A DNA stretch of 64,000 nt from Chrysemys picta bellii (GCF_011386835.1 NC_088791.1:243536001-243600000), one strand, 5' to 3'; shown: positions 11,190 through 23,872, numbered from the stretch's first letter. Translations and numbers: made by a program. The notes: generated by a model not told the origin, from the letters alone.

Positions 11190-11544
11190 TTAGGCTCTAC
11201 TGTAATGAGAAGAGAATGACATGACAATGAAAATCGACAAAGGCCAGCCTACAAGTGTAGGAAGGGAGAGAGTAAGTTTAGGAGCAGCCTGCTTACCACA
11301 TGAGGCAGCAGGGGGCCCCAGAGAAAAGATCTCTGAGACTGCCCTGGGGAGGAATCAGGTGGAATCCTCCCTGGTCCCAGAAGTTAACAATAACTCTTCA
11401 AACCCAAGGAAAAATGTAGTGGCTCCCCAACCCTTCTGCACCTTAGGCAGGCCTCCTCTGACCCATCTCCAGTATCTGGGGCATTTCCTCCCACTAGTTG
11501 CCCCACTTGAGGCCCCAAACTCAAATGTATCCTTTCACCGCAGA

Positions 11545-11650
11545 CAGGGCCGGCTCCAGGTTTTTTGCTGCCCCAAGCACACAAAAAAAGCCGGAGTGCC
11601 GCCCCATGAAAAGTGACGCCCCCAAAGAGCTGGAATGCCGCCCCTTGACC
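11545..11650. mobile_element. Truncated hAT MITE end
   Basis: CAGGGCCGGCTCCAGG..tttgctgccccaagc, the same terminus family as 54772-55610. Other end not found. Confidence 0.55.
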
Positions 11651-13292
11651 GCAGAAGTCCAATATGACATAGCAAATGTTAGGAGATGTTATTTTAGTTT
11701 AATCAAACAAATTGTTCATAAAAAAAAATGTGTTTATTTGACAACACAAAAACACTAGGAAAACTCTTGAAGTTGAAGATACATGGTCAAAAATCAAAAT
11801 AGTTTCAATTTTAAGTTTCAATTCTCTTTTTTGAATTTACTTCCACTAACATTGATATTTGATTCAAATTGGTTCAAACTGATAACTGAACCATTGTTGG
11901 GGTTTTTTCTGATGACTTGAACCAGAATTGAACCCAACACACTGACTGCAACTGAATCAGAACCTGAACCAAAACAAAATAAATATCGGTTTGACTCTCT
12001 GAATAACTGTAACATTGTTTTCACTTTGCCCCACCTGTAATCTAGCTGACATTCTAAGGTTACATTTCAGTGCCAAAAGAATTAACGCTATAGCTTTGTA
12101 ATGCCTGAATTATTCATTAATCTAAATTTCTTTATCTGATTTTTATACAGCAACTTGGCTGCCTGCGGTACTTGACTCTTTAGCTCTTAACAAGTAAAAG
12201 GTTCATGCTGTGGTATTGGTGATCCGGATCAGCAAGACTTTGCTAAATGCAGCATGTCATAGCTAGAATAAGACACTGAAAAGTGCTAAAAGGCAAAAAT
12301 GCTTTCTGCACCACATGAGTTCTATGATTAATTTTATGATCCATTAGAAATGAACGTGTAATTAAAACAGTCTGTTCATATATGCAGTACCTTAAGTGAA
12401 AACAGCAAGAAAAATACTATAATAAACAAACTCTCCCATTTGTCACAGTCTTTGATTTACCCGTTTTCCTTTCCTTCAACCAGCAAAACAAAGGAGCATG
12501 CTAGGGGGCAGGGTGGAGGGCTGTACACGGCCAGTTGGGAACAGGGACAGGGTATCCAGGAAATGTACTAATTTCAAGTATCTCTCAGGCTCCCTCTGCT
12601 GGAGGGTTCCTATGGGATTCTCCAGCAGTGTTATTAAACCTGCAGGGGTGCATCTCTGCTTCTGAGCGCAGAGACGTGCATGTTGCTATATTGGTGAATC
12701 AAGCCTATTGCTGGTGATTTAGCCAGCTCTCTCTGAATCTCATTTCCTACTTGTCCACTTTTCACAATGTCATTGAGGGTGACACATAGCACCCAAAGGG
12801 GGTAAGGACCCTAGACAGTGTGTCACCTCTTCCCTGTCTGGAAGGTGGGGGAAATGTTCAAGATTTTCCAGTTTAAAAGAAACCCAGTTATACCACCACG
12901 AAGATGGATTCAAAACAACATAAATAGGCAAACTTTATACAAAGTGAAAAAATGTAGGAATCTATGTTTCTATTATTTTTCTTCCTTCTCTTGTTTATCT
13001 TCCTGTCTTCACATTTTTTGACTGTAGCGTCTTGCATCCTCTCATTAGTATGTGTGCATGCTTTCCCTCAGACTTATTCCTTTGTATTTGTTTTCCCCCT
13101 TCACTCTCTTTCTTTAGGACTTAATATCTTCTTCTCTGGTTTGGCCTTTCACTCTAAATGGTATGTTCAGTGTTTCCCCTCCCTCTCCTCCTTTCCCCTC
13201 TCTCTGTCCTATTACACTTAAACTATTTCTCTCTCTAAAGTCCTCTCACCCATCCAGCCTCCTACAGCCTAGTCTTAGCTCCCCTCCATTAT

Positions 13293-13650
13293 CAGGGCCG
13301 GCTTTAAGCCGATTCGGCCTATTCCCTGGAATGGGGCCCCGCGCCTAAGAGGGCCCCGCGCCGTCCGGGGCTGCCGGCAGAGCAGAAAAAAAAAAAAAAA
13401 AGCCGTGTCCTGCTTCTCCCCCCTCCCTCCAGCGCTTATGCCGCCATACAGCTGATCAGCGCAAGCCTGGGAGGGGGACAGGTGAGGGGGAGGAATGCAG
13501 CGTGCTTGGGAAAGAGGCGAGGCCAGGGCGGGGATTTGGGGAGGGATCCAATGGACCAGGGATGGGGCGGGGCTGGGGCGGACTTGGGGGGAGGGCGTGA
13601 GACAATTCGCGTCCCGGCGTGGGGCCCCGCACCTGCTAAAGCCGGCCCTG
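13293..13650. mobile_element. hAT MITE (358 bp)
   Basis: TIR CAGGGCCGGCTTTA...TAAAGCCGGCCCTG. Perfect TSD TCCATTAT at 13285-13292 and 13651-13658. Confidence 0.93.
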
Positions 13651-14234
13651 TCCATTATCTCCTCTCCCCTGGTCTGATTTCCTGCCATCTCGCCCTTCCA
13701 TTTTCTCCAGCCCAAATAGTTCTCTCCCCACCCTCCTGTATCATGTCCTCATGTTCTGCCCTTTACCCTCTTCTCTCTCCTCCTCTTGTGGAGCTCAATG
13801 CAGTGAGGTGGACAAGGGAGGGCAATGAGAACAGAATAGCACCAAAGCCATTTGCTCTGTTTCACAGCACTGCTGGGAAGTAGGGGGCAGGCACTTGGCT
13901 AGCGGAGAAGAACACACTATACATGTAAGAGCAAATAGAGAGCTGGCATCTGTACAGCATTTTCACCCCTTCTGACTGCAGTTACTATGTCAGTGGGAGG
14001 GAAAGAATGAGACTTGGGGCAAGTCTACGCTTAAAAAGCTGCAGCTTTGCTTTACTACGCGGATGGGAGAACTTTGGTCAGCGTAGTTAATACGCTTCCG
14101 CGAGAGGCGGTAGCTATGTTGACATAGTGCTTTCTACACCCGGGGTTAGGTCGATACAACTACATTGCTCAGGGGTATGGATTTTCACACCCTTGAGCTA
14201 TGTAGTTATACTGGTGTAAGTCTGTAGTGTAGAC

Positions 14235-15238
14235 CAGCAGTTCTCAACTGGGGGTCTGCGGCCCTCGAGCCCTTTCAGGGGGGCTGCGGGACCCTGTGGC
14301 AGGAACCCTGAGCCCAGGTGCCCCCCGGCCATGGGGCTGAAACCCCGAGCCCTGGTGCCCTCCACCACAGGGCTGACGCCAGGAGCTTTGGCGTGAAGCT
14401 GGGAGCCCCGGCACCCCCCGCCGTGGGGCTGATGAAGCCCCGAGCGCTCATTGCCCCCCCTCCCTGCAGTGCCAGAGCAGTCCCAAGGGCAGCTCCACAC
14501 CCCCCCACACTTCCCCCTCTACCCGCCCTGAGGCCCCACCCCTTGGCCAGGTCAGAGGGGGGAAGCCAGTGTCGGTCAGTGCGGGCAGCTGCTGCTCTGG
14601 CTGGCACCATGGAGCAGGCGACCTCCTCGTTCCCTCGCCTGCTGTTGGTGCCCGGGGTTGTGGCTGCTGCTCCTCAGCTCACGCAGCTAGTAAGAGCCAC
14701 CCAGGCAGGGGGACCCAGCTCTGTGGCTGGCAGAGCCCTTGGGGACCAGTGACCATAGGGGAGCCCTCCTGGTGCACAGCCCCTAGCTACTCCCCTCCCT
14801 GCATCCTGAGCTACCCCCTCCCCCACCGCCTGCACACAGCCCCAGCTACCCCCTGCCTGCACCCTGAGCTACCCCCTGCCCTCACACAGCCCCTAGCGAC
14901 CCCTCCCTCCACCCTGCATTACCCTCCCTCCCGCACACAGCTCCTAGCTACCCCCTCTCTGTACCCTGAGTGGTTTTCAAACTTTTGGTGCTGAACCCCA
15001 CCACACATGGCGCAGACAGACTGGGTGGTCTGCTGAGGGGAGTCAGAGGGGGGAGGTGGCGCTGCCTCCCTGGATCCTACTGCACGGAGCTGGCCCAAGC
15101 CCTACTGGCCCAAAGTATGTCTATGCCTAAGGGCCCACCCATGCCCGGAGTCCCGAGTCTCCTCCCTCCCCCACTGGGCCCTGGAGCTTTTATAGCATGT
15201 TGAGAGAGGCCTTAGAAGAAAAAGGTTGAGAACCCCTG
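14235..15238. mobile_element. Non-autonomous hAT (1004 bp), GC-rich with internal minisatellite
   Basis: Ends CAGCAGTTCTCAAC...GTTGAGAACCCCTG. Perfect TSD GTGTAGAC at 14227-14234 and 15239-15246. Confidence 0.88.
14780..14968. repeat. C-rich minisatellite (cccc[t]agctacccc.. / ccctgagctacccc.. units) inside the hAT
   Basis: About 8 degenerate agctacccc-containing units of roughly 20-27 bp. Confidence 0.7.
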
Positions 15239-16178
15239 GTGTAGACCTTGGTCAGCAGGGGAACAGGGCTCTGCTAAGCTGGCTGCATAAAGAAACAGTC
15301 TTGGCCCTGCATCCTCTTCTCTCTGCTTGCCCAGACAACGTGGATAATCAAAGGGTTTCCAGGGCCAAGCAGGTAAGAGAAGGAAAATGTGTACAATGTG
15401 GGTGAGCTGCTAGAGCTGGGTTTTGTAGGGGGGTTGGTTGTTTGCTTGTTTGTTTGCCTATTAAACAGATCTCCCTTCCAGTAAGGTCAGTTGAGCTCAC
15501 CTAGCCTCTGGGCTCACTTATCATTCTTTTGAATTAGAACTGGGTGAATGGTTCATGTGAAAATCCAAAGCCAAGCAAACCAGCTGGTTTTGAGGCTGCC
15601 AGTCCAAACCCGAACATCACCATTCTGATTCAACAGGCATACTGTAGGGATTTGGTGCTGCCCATCTTTTATTCCACATACATTTGCATGGAGCTCAGGC
15701 CCTACATTAATATCTTCACGGCTCATTTTAATTATTTTTCCATTGCCACCTGCAAACATAGCCATGCTGTACAAAACAGCATTTTGATGACATCCGTTTC
15801 TTCTGGATTTGGTTGGTAATATGTAGAAGTCTATTAAAATAAATTGAAGCAGTAATTCTGGGTTTCAAACAAGTTCATGGAGAAAAAAAGATGATCTTTC
15901 TGTTCTTATATTATTTGTATCTTGTGCTGAACATTCAAACTTGAGCGATCCCCCATGTGCGGAGCAGGGGAGAAGGTGCAAAATTCCACCAAAATACATA
16001 TTTTTCTGGGAAATATAAACAAAATAGAATACTTACCCTTAAACTTCATTTTATTTTAATACCTTAATTTGTATCATGTCCCGCTTCAGGGGACTTCTGG
16101 TAGTTTATGGCAATCACTGCAGTATACGAGTAACTATGTCTTAACAGAGTTTTCACATTATACTTCCTTTCTCTTTAG

Positions 16179-16429
16179 AGTGCCTATAGGAGGTGGCCAG
16201 CCCAGGAATAGCTTAGCAGGCGGGGCTCAGACAGTAAAAGGACCCCCAGGAGCTGTTCACCCAGGAGGTGCAAGTCTTACAAACACGGCCACTGCTGTCA
16301 GACCTGTTGTTCCAATCACTGCACCTCAGACACATCCCCAACAACAAACAGCGTCTCCTCAGATGAATAACTGCATGAGGTACTCAGCCCAGCAAATGGT
16401 CAGCCAGACTCGCAGTGCCATGCAGATGG
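16179..16429 (+). CDS. SH3RF3: SH3RF3 exon, Pro/Ala/Gln-rich linker (VPIGGGQPRN...SQTRSAMQM)
   Basis: Acceptor ctctttag at 16178, donor GTATGT at 16430. 251 nt, phase 2 to 1. AG+A restores the Arg of VTPVSR-VP as in POSH-family proteins. Confidence 0.93.
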
Positions 16430-17251
16430 GTATGTATAGTCTCCCTAATGCCTCTTGCCTTACCTTCTCAGAATTTGACATTGTATCCCTCGTGAAAAAA
16501 GCCACTGGAATCCTATTGTACCTACAAGTTTCCTTTGCAAGTCTTTCATTTTAGTCAAAGCTCAGCCCTCTGTAATAGGATATGTTTTATTGCTTGTAAT
16601 ATTTACAGACTTCTATTGATCTCTGGGAACTATGCTGTGTTTATCAGATTGTGCTGTTGTCACAGCTGAAATAGATTACAGTGGTTACAAATATTTACAT
16701 AATTTATTTTAGAGAATAAAGCATCCTGCATCCTAAGAAGATTAACATTTCTAAGTCCAGTTGGCTTACTGACAAAAAAAAAAAAATACTGCACTTATCA
16801 CAAACAAGTAATATGTGACTTAAAATTAAGAAACATTTCACTGGGCTACAAGGATGAAAGTTATATATTAGGCAGAAGAGGACTCAGCATTGGTGGTAAA
16901 GGAAGATATCCAAAAAACAGTGCCACCTCTTTGAAATGCGAATAAGAGGTTTGCACAGCAGGGGGCCAGTGTTGTTTCTAGTTTTCCTTTTTGATGCAAA
17001 GCACGGGTTTTCTGGAGCAGAATTTATGCTGCTTTCCTCATGTTCAATAGTTGCAATGTTGAGTGAATTAAAAGTAAATTACATGGTAGATCTTTACGGC
17101 AAAATGTAAAGATGTTTTGTTTTTAATATTTTATAGAGACTTGAGCCCTTGTGTTTATAAAGACTGAGCTAGAGAAGCAAGCACTGGGAATGCTGGCAAC
17201 TGAAGATTTTAGATTCAGAACAGACTAGACAAAGTATGCTACAATCTAAAA

Positions 17252-17335
17252 CATAGATTCTCAGATTAAGGCCAGAAGGGACCATTATGATCATCTAGTC
17301 TGACCTCCTTATAACACAGACCAAGTAATCAAATC
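17252..17335 (-). mobile_element. Short CR1 3'-end fragment
   Basis: aaggccagaagggaccattatgatcatctagtctgacctcc, near-identical to the CR1 end at 17475-17515. Confidence 0.75.
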
Positions 17336-17462
17336 CCCATGAATCTAAATCTTATTCTATTTCTTTGGTTGTAACGCATAGTGGCATCTCTTTACATGCA
17401 TAGAAGTCACGCTACAATGTAATCTAATTATCATAATTAATTTTTTGTAGTTCAGAGAGAAG

Positions 17463-20400
17463 ATTGATAGATTCCAAGGCCAGAAGGGACCATTGTGATC
17501 ATCTAGTCTGACCTCCTATATAACACAGGCCATAGAACTTCCCCTAAATAATTCTTAAAGTGTATCTTTTAGAAAAACATCCAAACTTGATTGGAAAATT
17601 GCCAGTGATGGAGAATCGACCACAATCCTTTGTAAATTGTTCTAATGATTAATTACTCTCACTATTAAAAATATACTCCTTATTTCCAGTCTGAATTTGT
17701 CTAGCTTCAACTTCCATCCATTGGATCACGTTGCAGATTAAAGAGCCCATTATTGAATATTCATTCCCTATGTAGTTACTTAGAATGTAAAGTAGTCACT
17801 CCTTGACCATCTCTTTGTTAAACTAAGTAGATTGAGCTCTTTGAGTCTGTCACCGTAAGGCATGTTTTCTAATCCTTTAACCATTCTTGTGGCTCTTCTC
17901 TGAACCCTCTCGAATTTATCAACATCCTTCTTGAATTGTGGGCAGCCAAAATGGGACACTGTATTCTAGTAATGGTCGCACCATTGACAAATACTCCTAC
18001 TCGAGATTCCCTGTTTGTGCTTTTGGCCACAGCATCGCATGGAGTTCATGTTCAGCTGATTATCCACTGTGACCCCCAAATCTTTTTCATAGTCATTGCT
18101 TCCAAGGATAGAGTCCCCCATTGTGCAAATATAGCCTACGTTCTTTGTTCCTACATGTATACACTGACATTTGACCATATTAAAATACATACTGTTTCCT
18201 TCAGCCAAGCTTACCAAGCAATTCAAATTGCTCTGTGTTAGTGACCTGGCCTTTCATTATTTACTCTTCTGACAATTTTTTTGCCATCTGCAAACTGTAT
18301 CAGTGCAGACTTTGTTTCTTCTAGGTCATTAATAAAAATATTAAATAATGTAGGGCCAAGAACTGATCCCTGTAGAATCCCATTAAAAATGCACCTTTTC
18401 AATGATGATTCCCTGTTTACAATTACATTTTGAGTCCTATCAGTTAACCAGCTTTTAATCCATACAGTATGTGCCATGTTAATTTTATATCTTCTAGTTT
18501 GTTAATCAAAATGTCATGTGGTACCAAGTCAAATGCCTCACTGAAGTCTAGGTATAGTACATCAACACTACAACTTTGGCTGATAAAGGTAGTAATCTCA
18601 TAAAATATATATCAAGTTAGTTTGACATGATTTATTTTCCATAAACCCATGTTGATTGGCATTAATTATATTATCCTCTTTTAATTCTTTATTAATCAAG
18701 TCCTGTATCAGCTGCTCCATTATCTTGCCTGGGATTGCTGTCAGACTGACAGCCTATAATTACCTGGGTAATCCTGTTTATCCTTGGCACACCATTAACT
18801 TTCTTCCGGTTTTCTGGAACTTTTGTGATGTTCCCAGACTTATTGAAAACCAACATTAACAGTCCAGCAAGCTTCTCACCCACCTCTTTTAAAACTCTTG
18901 GATGCAAGCTATCTGGACCTGCTGATTTAGAAATGTCTAACTTTAGTAGCTGCAGTTTATCATCCTCCCTAAGAAACTAGCGGAATAGAAAGTGTTGTTA
19001 TATATGACTACTTTGTGACGGATTGGACCCCACCTTCTGGGATGTCACTTGATATGCTTGGGTCCCACTCAGCCCTCCGGCCCTGCCAGCCTGGATTTCC
19101 CTTGCACTGGGTTGCTGTGCCAGGCTCTCAAGCCCCTTTCCAGCACACACCCAGACAAGACCACAGCCAGCTGCAGACACAGACTACAGTCAGATCTGTG
19201 TGAGAGGATTCACCCAGCACTCACATGTACACCCACTGTGGAGAGGGAAACCCCAGATAATATTGTGTTGCGCTGTATAGAAAGATCTGCACAGCACAAG
19301 CTGATAAAAATTCGTCCTCTCCCTCAATGTGAAGAGAGATATGCACAGCTTGTTGTCACCCCCCCCCCCCCAGATATGGATTGCACAAACTGGGTTATGT
19401 TATAAACAAGAAATAAGGTTATTAACAATAAAAGGTACATTTTAAATGATCATAAGGGATAGCAAACAGAGCAAAACAGATTACTAAGCAAATAAAACAA
19501 AACACGCAAACTAAGCTTGATTCACTAAAGAAACAGGTTACAAAATGTAATTTCTCACCCTAAATGTTGAATTAGGCAGGATGCATAGTTTCTAGCTCAG
19601 CGTTCCAGTTATTTCTCTTTACAGACTATACTCCTCTGTCTCAGTCTGGACTCAGCCCTTGCCTTTCCCACAGTTCAGTTCCTTTGTCTCTTCAGGTACT
19701 TTCAGTAGACTTTCTTCTTGGGCAGGAAGAAATTGAGAAGAGTCCTGTTTGCCTTACTCCCCAGCCTTAAATAAGATTTACATAAGGCAGGAATCTTTTG
19801 TTTCCCAGTCTTGACCTCCCCCTCCTTTTGGTGGAAAATCACTAGAAGTCCAAGATAGTGTTTAGTACCAGGTGACAGGACCATCTGACCTAGTACTGTC
19901 ACAGCTACATCCCAGGACGCCTCTCAGGAAGGAGAGAGATTAGTATCTTTAAAGTATAGTATATTTGTATCTATAAAGATTGTTTCTTCCTAATGGCCCA
20001 TCAAAGCTGATGGGTGTCTCCCAAATACACACACAGTTGTAATTGTTACATAGCCAATATTCCTAACTTTAGATACAGAAATGATACATGCATACAAATT
20101 GGATAATCACATTCAGTAAATCATAACCTTTCCAATGATACCTTACAAGACCCATCTTGCATAAAATATATCTTAGTTAGGCCATATTCATATCATAACC
20201 ATATTTCTATGAAAAATATGGTGTGTAATGTCACATACATTACCTGTTTTTCCCCCAAATACAGAATAGAGATATCTATTGAATGTGTCTTCTTTTGTGT
20301 ATTATTATTGATAATTTTACCATTACCATCTAATAATGGCCCAGTACCATTCTTATGATTCTTTTATGATTTGTTTTGTTCCTAATAGATTTAAACAATT

Positions 20401-20510
20401 TCTTCTTGTCTGTAAGTCTGCTGGCCATAGTGTTCTCCTTGTGTCCCTTTGCTTCCCCTATCCCTTCCCTTAATGTTCTGTAAGTGCTTACTTCTTCCTC
20501 AAATGAACAG
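17463..20510 (-). mobile_element. Degenerate CR1 LINE, interrupted by a 1.2-kb solo LTR
   Basis: Minus-strand ORFs include MHPRVLKE..., WIKSWLTDRTQ..QGSVLGPTLFNIFINDLEE..QFAD and FNMVKCQCIHVG. CR1 sequence resumes at 20240-20510. Confidence 0.9.
19014..20235. mobile_element. Solo LTR (1222 bp), Gypsy/ERV-like
   Basis: TGTGAC...GTCACA inverted ends. 5-bp TSD TACTT (19009-19013) / TACAT (20236-20240). CR1 on both sides. Confidence 0.85.
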
Positions 20511-22072
20511 ATCAGCAAGTTCTCCAGATTTCGTCTCCACTGCTTGTCTAGTCACCAGCAGCCCTTGTAGTCAGACCATGCATGATTTGAAACATATTCA
20601 CGGTTTGGAAAGACTCAGGAGACAGGAATGGAGTGCTTGTTGGAAAGTAGCATTAAATATGTCACTGTGTCATGTATCTTGTAATAGTAACCAAGTTAGC
20701 ATCAGTTTACACAGATCTGGCAGTACAATATATCTTTGGCTCTCTGGAACCTTTTAGGAAGTTCCTGTTGCTTCAGATGGCCATGCTGCCATAAAGAAGT
20801 ATTCTCATGGAGCTAAGACAGGATGTGGTTGCAGGATAATTTTAGCCCAGGTAGATAGATTATACCCTCCCTTTCCCATCTCTCAGCTATCCATGTAGCT
20901 GCCTCTGCCTTCAGAAGCTACCTGCCAGCACTCCCTGCGTTCTCCTTGTCCCATGTGGTTTTGAGACCACATCTCAATATCCTTCCAACATCTTGACATG
21001 CAAAGTAGTCAGAGCAGAATAACTCAGGAAATATAGTTCTCCTGGCACTTAATTTTTTGTGCTTCTCATACTTTCCATGGGTATTTGAGGTTTATTTTAA
21101 GATCTCAAAAAAACAAACAATGTATTAGACACAATATGTTGGCCCATATAATTCACAAAGTAAAGGGAAAATTAGCAGAATTTCCAACATTGACGTAAGG
21201 AATACTCCAGTTCAATTTCTCTTTCACCAATCCACAATGGCCAAATAGGCTGCTGTCCAGTAGCCCAAATCCTACAGAGTTCTTCTGCATCTCGTCCTGC
21301 AGAGTGAAGAAACTTAATCCTATGTCTTAAAAAAAAGAAGGTACTTCCAATAAAAGAAAATTATACAATATTCAAGTCATGCTCTTGTTGGCTTGCAATA
21401 TACATGAATAACAAATCAATTTTTTCACAAATCCACTAATGTCGAAATACAGAAAATGAAATATGAGCAGTCCAGAACAAAAATAGTCTTCAGTGAACAT
21501 TGCTAATTAATAGAATGATTGACACAGCACAATCCAAACCCACAGATGTTTAGAGCAAAGACAGCTATAGACTGTAGAAGCCTTGCTCACAGCTGAGTCT
21601 TCTCCGACCATTTCTTTTGCTGTTTTTGGCACTGTCAGTTTCCTTCAAGCCTAGAAACGCTGATGCCTGTATTAAACAAACAATGCATGTCAGTATGACT
21701 ATTGAATCAACCTTAAATCTAGAGGGAGGTAGCAGCATGCAATGAAGTTCTATCATTTGTATTCTTATCCCAGAGATCTATAGAAATACCATTTCACCTT
21801 GGAACCAATCTGGCTGTAACAATGTTTTCAGACCTTGAACACTGACCTTATGCTTGTAGAGGGCTACAAGATTTGATTTCTTGTAGCAGGACTTGCACAT
21901 TACACAAATCCCAAACGAGAGTGCCACTCGATTAGCCTACCCACAAATACAATTTGTACACAAAGATTGGGAGGGGATGAGTTAGGTGGGAGTAAATCAA
22001 TAATACCCATTTCTAACCTGAATTTGGAGATGGCCCATATATTTCATTACATGTTGTTGGGTGATCGAGTAG

Positions 22073-22335
22073 CAGGGGCGGCTCCAGGCACCAGCGCAGC
22101 AAGCACGTGCCTGAGGCGGCAAGCCGTGGGGGGCAGCCCACTGGTCGCTGTGAGGTCGGCAGTCAGGCAGCCTTCGGCGGCATGCCTGTGGGAGGTCCGC
22201 TGGTTCCGCGGTTTCGGTGGCAATTCAGCAGCAGGCATGCCGAAGGCACGGGACCGGCAGATCACCTGCAGACACGCCACCGAAGGCCGCCTGACTGCTG
22301 TGCTTGGGGCGGCAAAAAACATTGAGCCGCCCCTG
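22073..22335. mobile_element. hAT MITE (263 bp)
   Basis: Perfect 12-bp TIR CAGGGGCGGCTC...GAGCCGCCCCTG, CpG-rich. TSD not clean (TCGAGTAG / GAGGTAGG). Confidence 0.8.
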
Positions 22336-22554
22336 GAGGTAGGGAAGACAGTAAAAAAGAAAATGACAATCTGGAGAAAATCTGAATTCGTGGACTCTTA
22401 CTCTTCCTAGAGGACAAGGTTACAAAAAAATTCAAGACAAATAAGTGACAGTTTGGTGGATTGCTAAATTCAACATGAATAAAAAGAAACTCTGTTGGAT
22501 GAGGGAATAACTGGGAAAGAGAATCATGCCAACATTGGAGTTGCTGTACTGGAA

Positions 22555-22780
22555 TATATTAGGGGTCCATCTAGCACAGGTGTCCATCTAGTTGATTGTC
22601 TTCCAAAGGTGGGTAATATCTGATGCTTCAAGAAGAGGTTAAAAAAAATCTCAATAGGCATCCAGTGTTGTGTGTATAACATGGGAATAAGATTAGGGTG
22701 GAATTGCTTCATGATCTCAGATGGTGATCAGTTGCTACGCTGAGCATGGGGATGATGCCCTTTGCCATTTTAAACCCTAG
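22555..22780 (-). mobile_element. Old CR1/L3-like 3' fragment
   Basis: ggtccatctagcacagg..gtaatatctgatgcttcaagaag resembles an antisense CR1 3' UTR. Confidence 0.5.
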
Positions 22781-23682
22781 CGATGTAAGAGCAGGTGCTG
22801 TTCTGACAGATATTAATAGAAAATCCTTTTTTGAATTTTACTAGAATAATGCTGGTCAGTAATATCCCATGACAGAACTCCACAGATTGGTTTTAATGCT
22901 GCATAAAAAGTATTCTTAAGAAAGGGAATTTTAAGAGAATTACTGAATTTTTTAAGTGTTGGGAATGCTTAACTCTGGCCTATTCTTCTCCACTGTACAA
23001 AGCAACAAACCCGCCTGGAGATCAGAAAAGACTTAGGCATGGAAATGAAACTGGAGCTCTGTGCTATACTTTTTGACACATGAAGCATTCTATAATTTCC
23101 TGGATCCTGGGAGGGCTGGCATTGATAGTCAGTGTGTTGTAGTTATTGTTATATAGATGAGCAGTAGTTCCCTGGTTCTTGGTGGTGATCTGCTGAGGTA
23201 AAGTGGAGTTCACCTATCTGGGGAAGGAAAACTAAGTGGTTTTGCATAGTCCCTTTAGGACTTGCCTGACAGAAACAAAGCTGATCTCAAACATGCTTTA
23301 ATGATTGGCACTACTTAACTTGTCTTGAACAGCATAGTAATTTGCTATTCTTTTTTTTAAAGTGCCGATACATTTTGTTAAGCCTAAAATATTGTACAGT
23401 TTTTGGTTTCTTTAAATCACATTTCAAAAATACAAGATCAGTTTTCATAATCTAAATTAGTCCCTGCTGATGTAAGTTTAACAGTTAGGAGCTCCAGAAA
23501 TGATCAAAGAGTTAACAGTAACTATTAGAGTGAAGTAGGAATTTATTTTTAAAATGGAGTATATTTGTGTTTACCTTGAAGAGTAAATACCATGGACACT
23601 CAATGATTGTAGAGGTCAACAGTACACTCAGTGGGCTGTTTACAAGATGTGGTAGGAATTGTGGGTTTTTATTTTAAAACAC

Positions 23683-23872
23683 TAGAGGGGTAGCCATGTT
23701 AGTCTGGATCTGTAAAAAGCAACAAATTGTCCTGTGGCACCTTATAGACTAACAGAAGTATTGGAGCATAAGCTTTCGTGGGTGACGCTTTCATATTCAC
23801 CCATGAAAGCTTATGAAAGCTTATGCTGCAATACTTCTGTTAGTCTATAAGGTGCCACAGGACTCTTTGTCC
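23683..23872. mobile_element. Penelope-like pseudo-LTR remnant, inverted (tail-to-tail) halves
   Basis: gtcctgtggcaccttatagactaacagaagtattggagcataagctttcgtgggtga is mirrored by tcacccatgaaagcttat..ttctgttagtctataaggtgccacaggac. 10-bp tandem duplication gaaagcttat. Confidence 0.85.

Larger units (their letters stand above)
10265..11202. mobile_element. Tc1/mariner (Tigger-like) MITE carrying two nested insertions
   Basis: TA-(c)AGTAGAACCTCA..GAGTTACAAAC at the left and GTAACTCTGA..GGCTCTACTG-TA at the right. TA target duplication. Confidence 0.8.
14017..15251. mobile_element. PIF/Harbinger-type MITE split in its right TIR by a 1-kb hAT
   Basis: Left gggcaagtctacgct. The right TIR agtgtagac is the duplicated target of the hAT. 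End coordinate approximate. Confidence 0.7.

Noticed and set aside
14198-15203. Many overlapping 100-250 aa ORFs in GC-rich blocks (also 39197-40264, 43077-43927, 54660-55708)
   Set aside because: Stop-poor GC-rich MITE interiors and tandem repeats with low-complexity Pro/Gly/Ala translations.
16069-16554. ORF-track proteins extending beyond the SH3RF3 exons (also 5508, 9017, 24924, 53332)
   Set aside because: The extensions are intronic read-through. Splice sites and phases define shorter exons.
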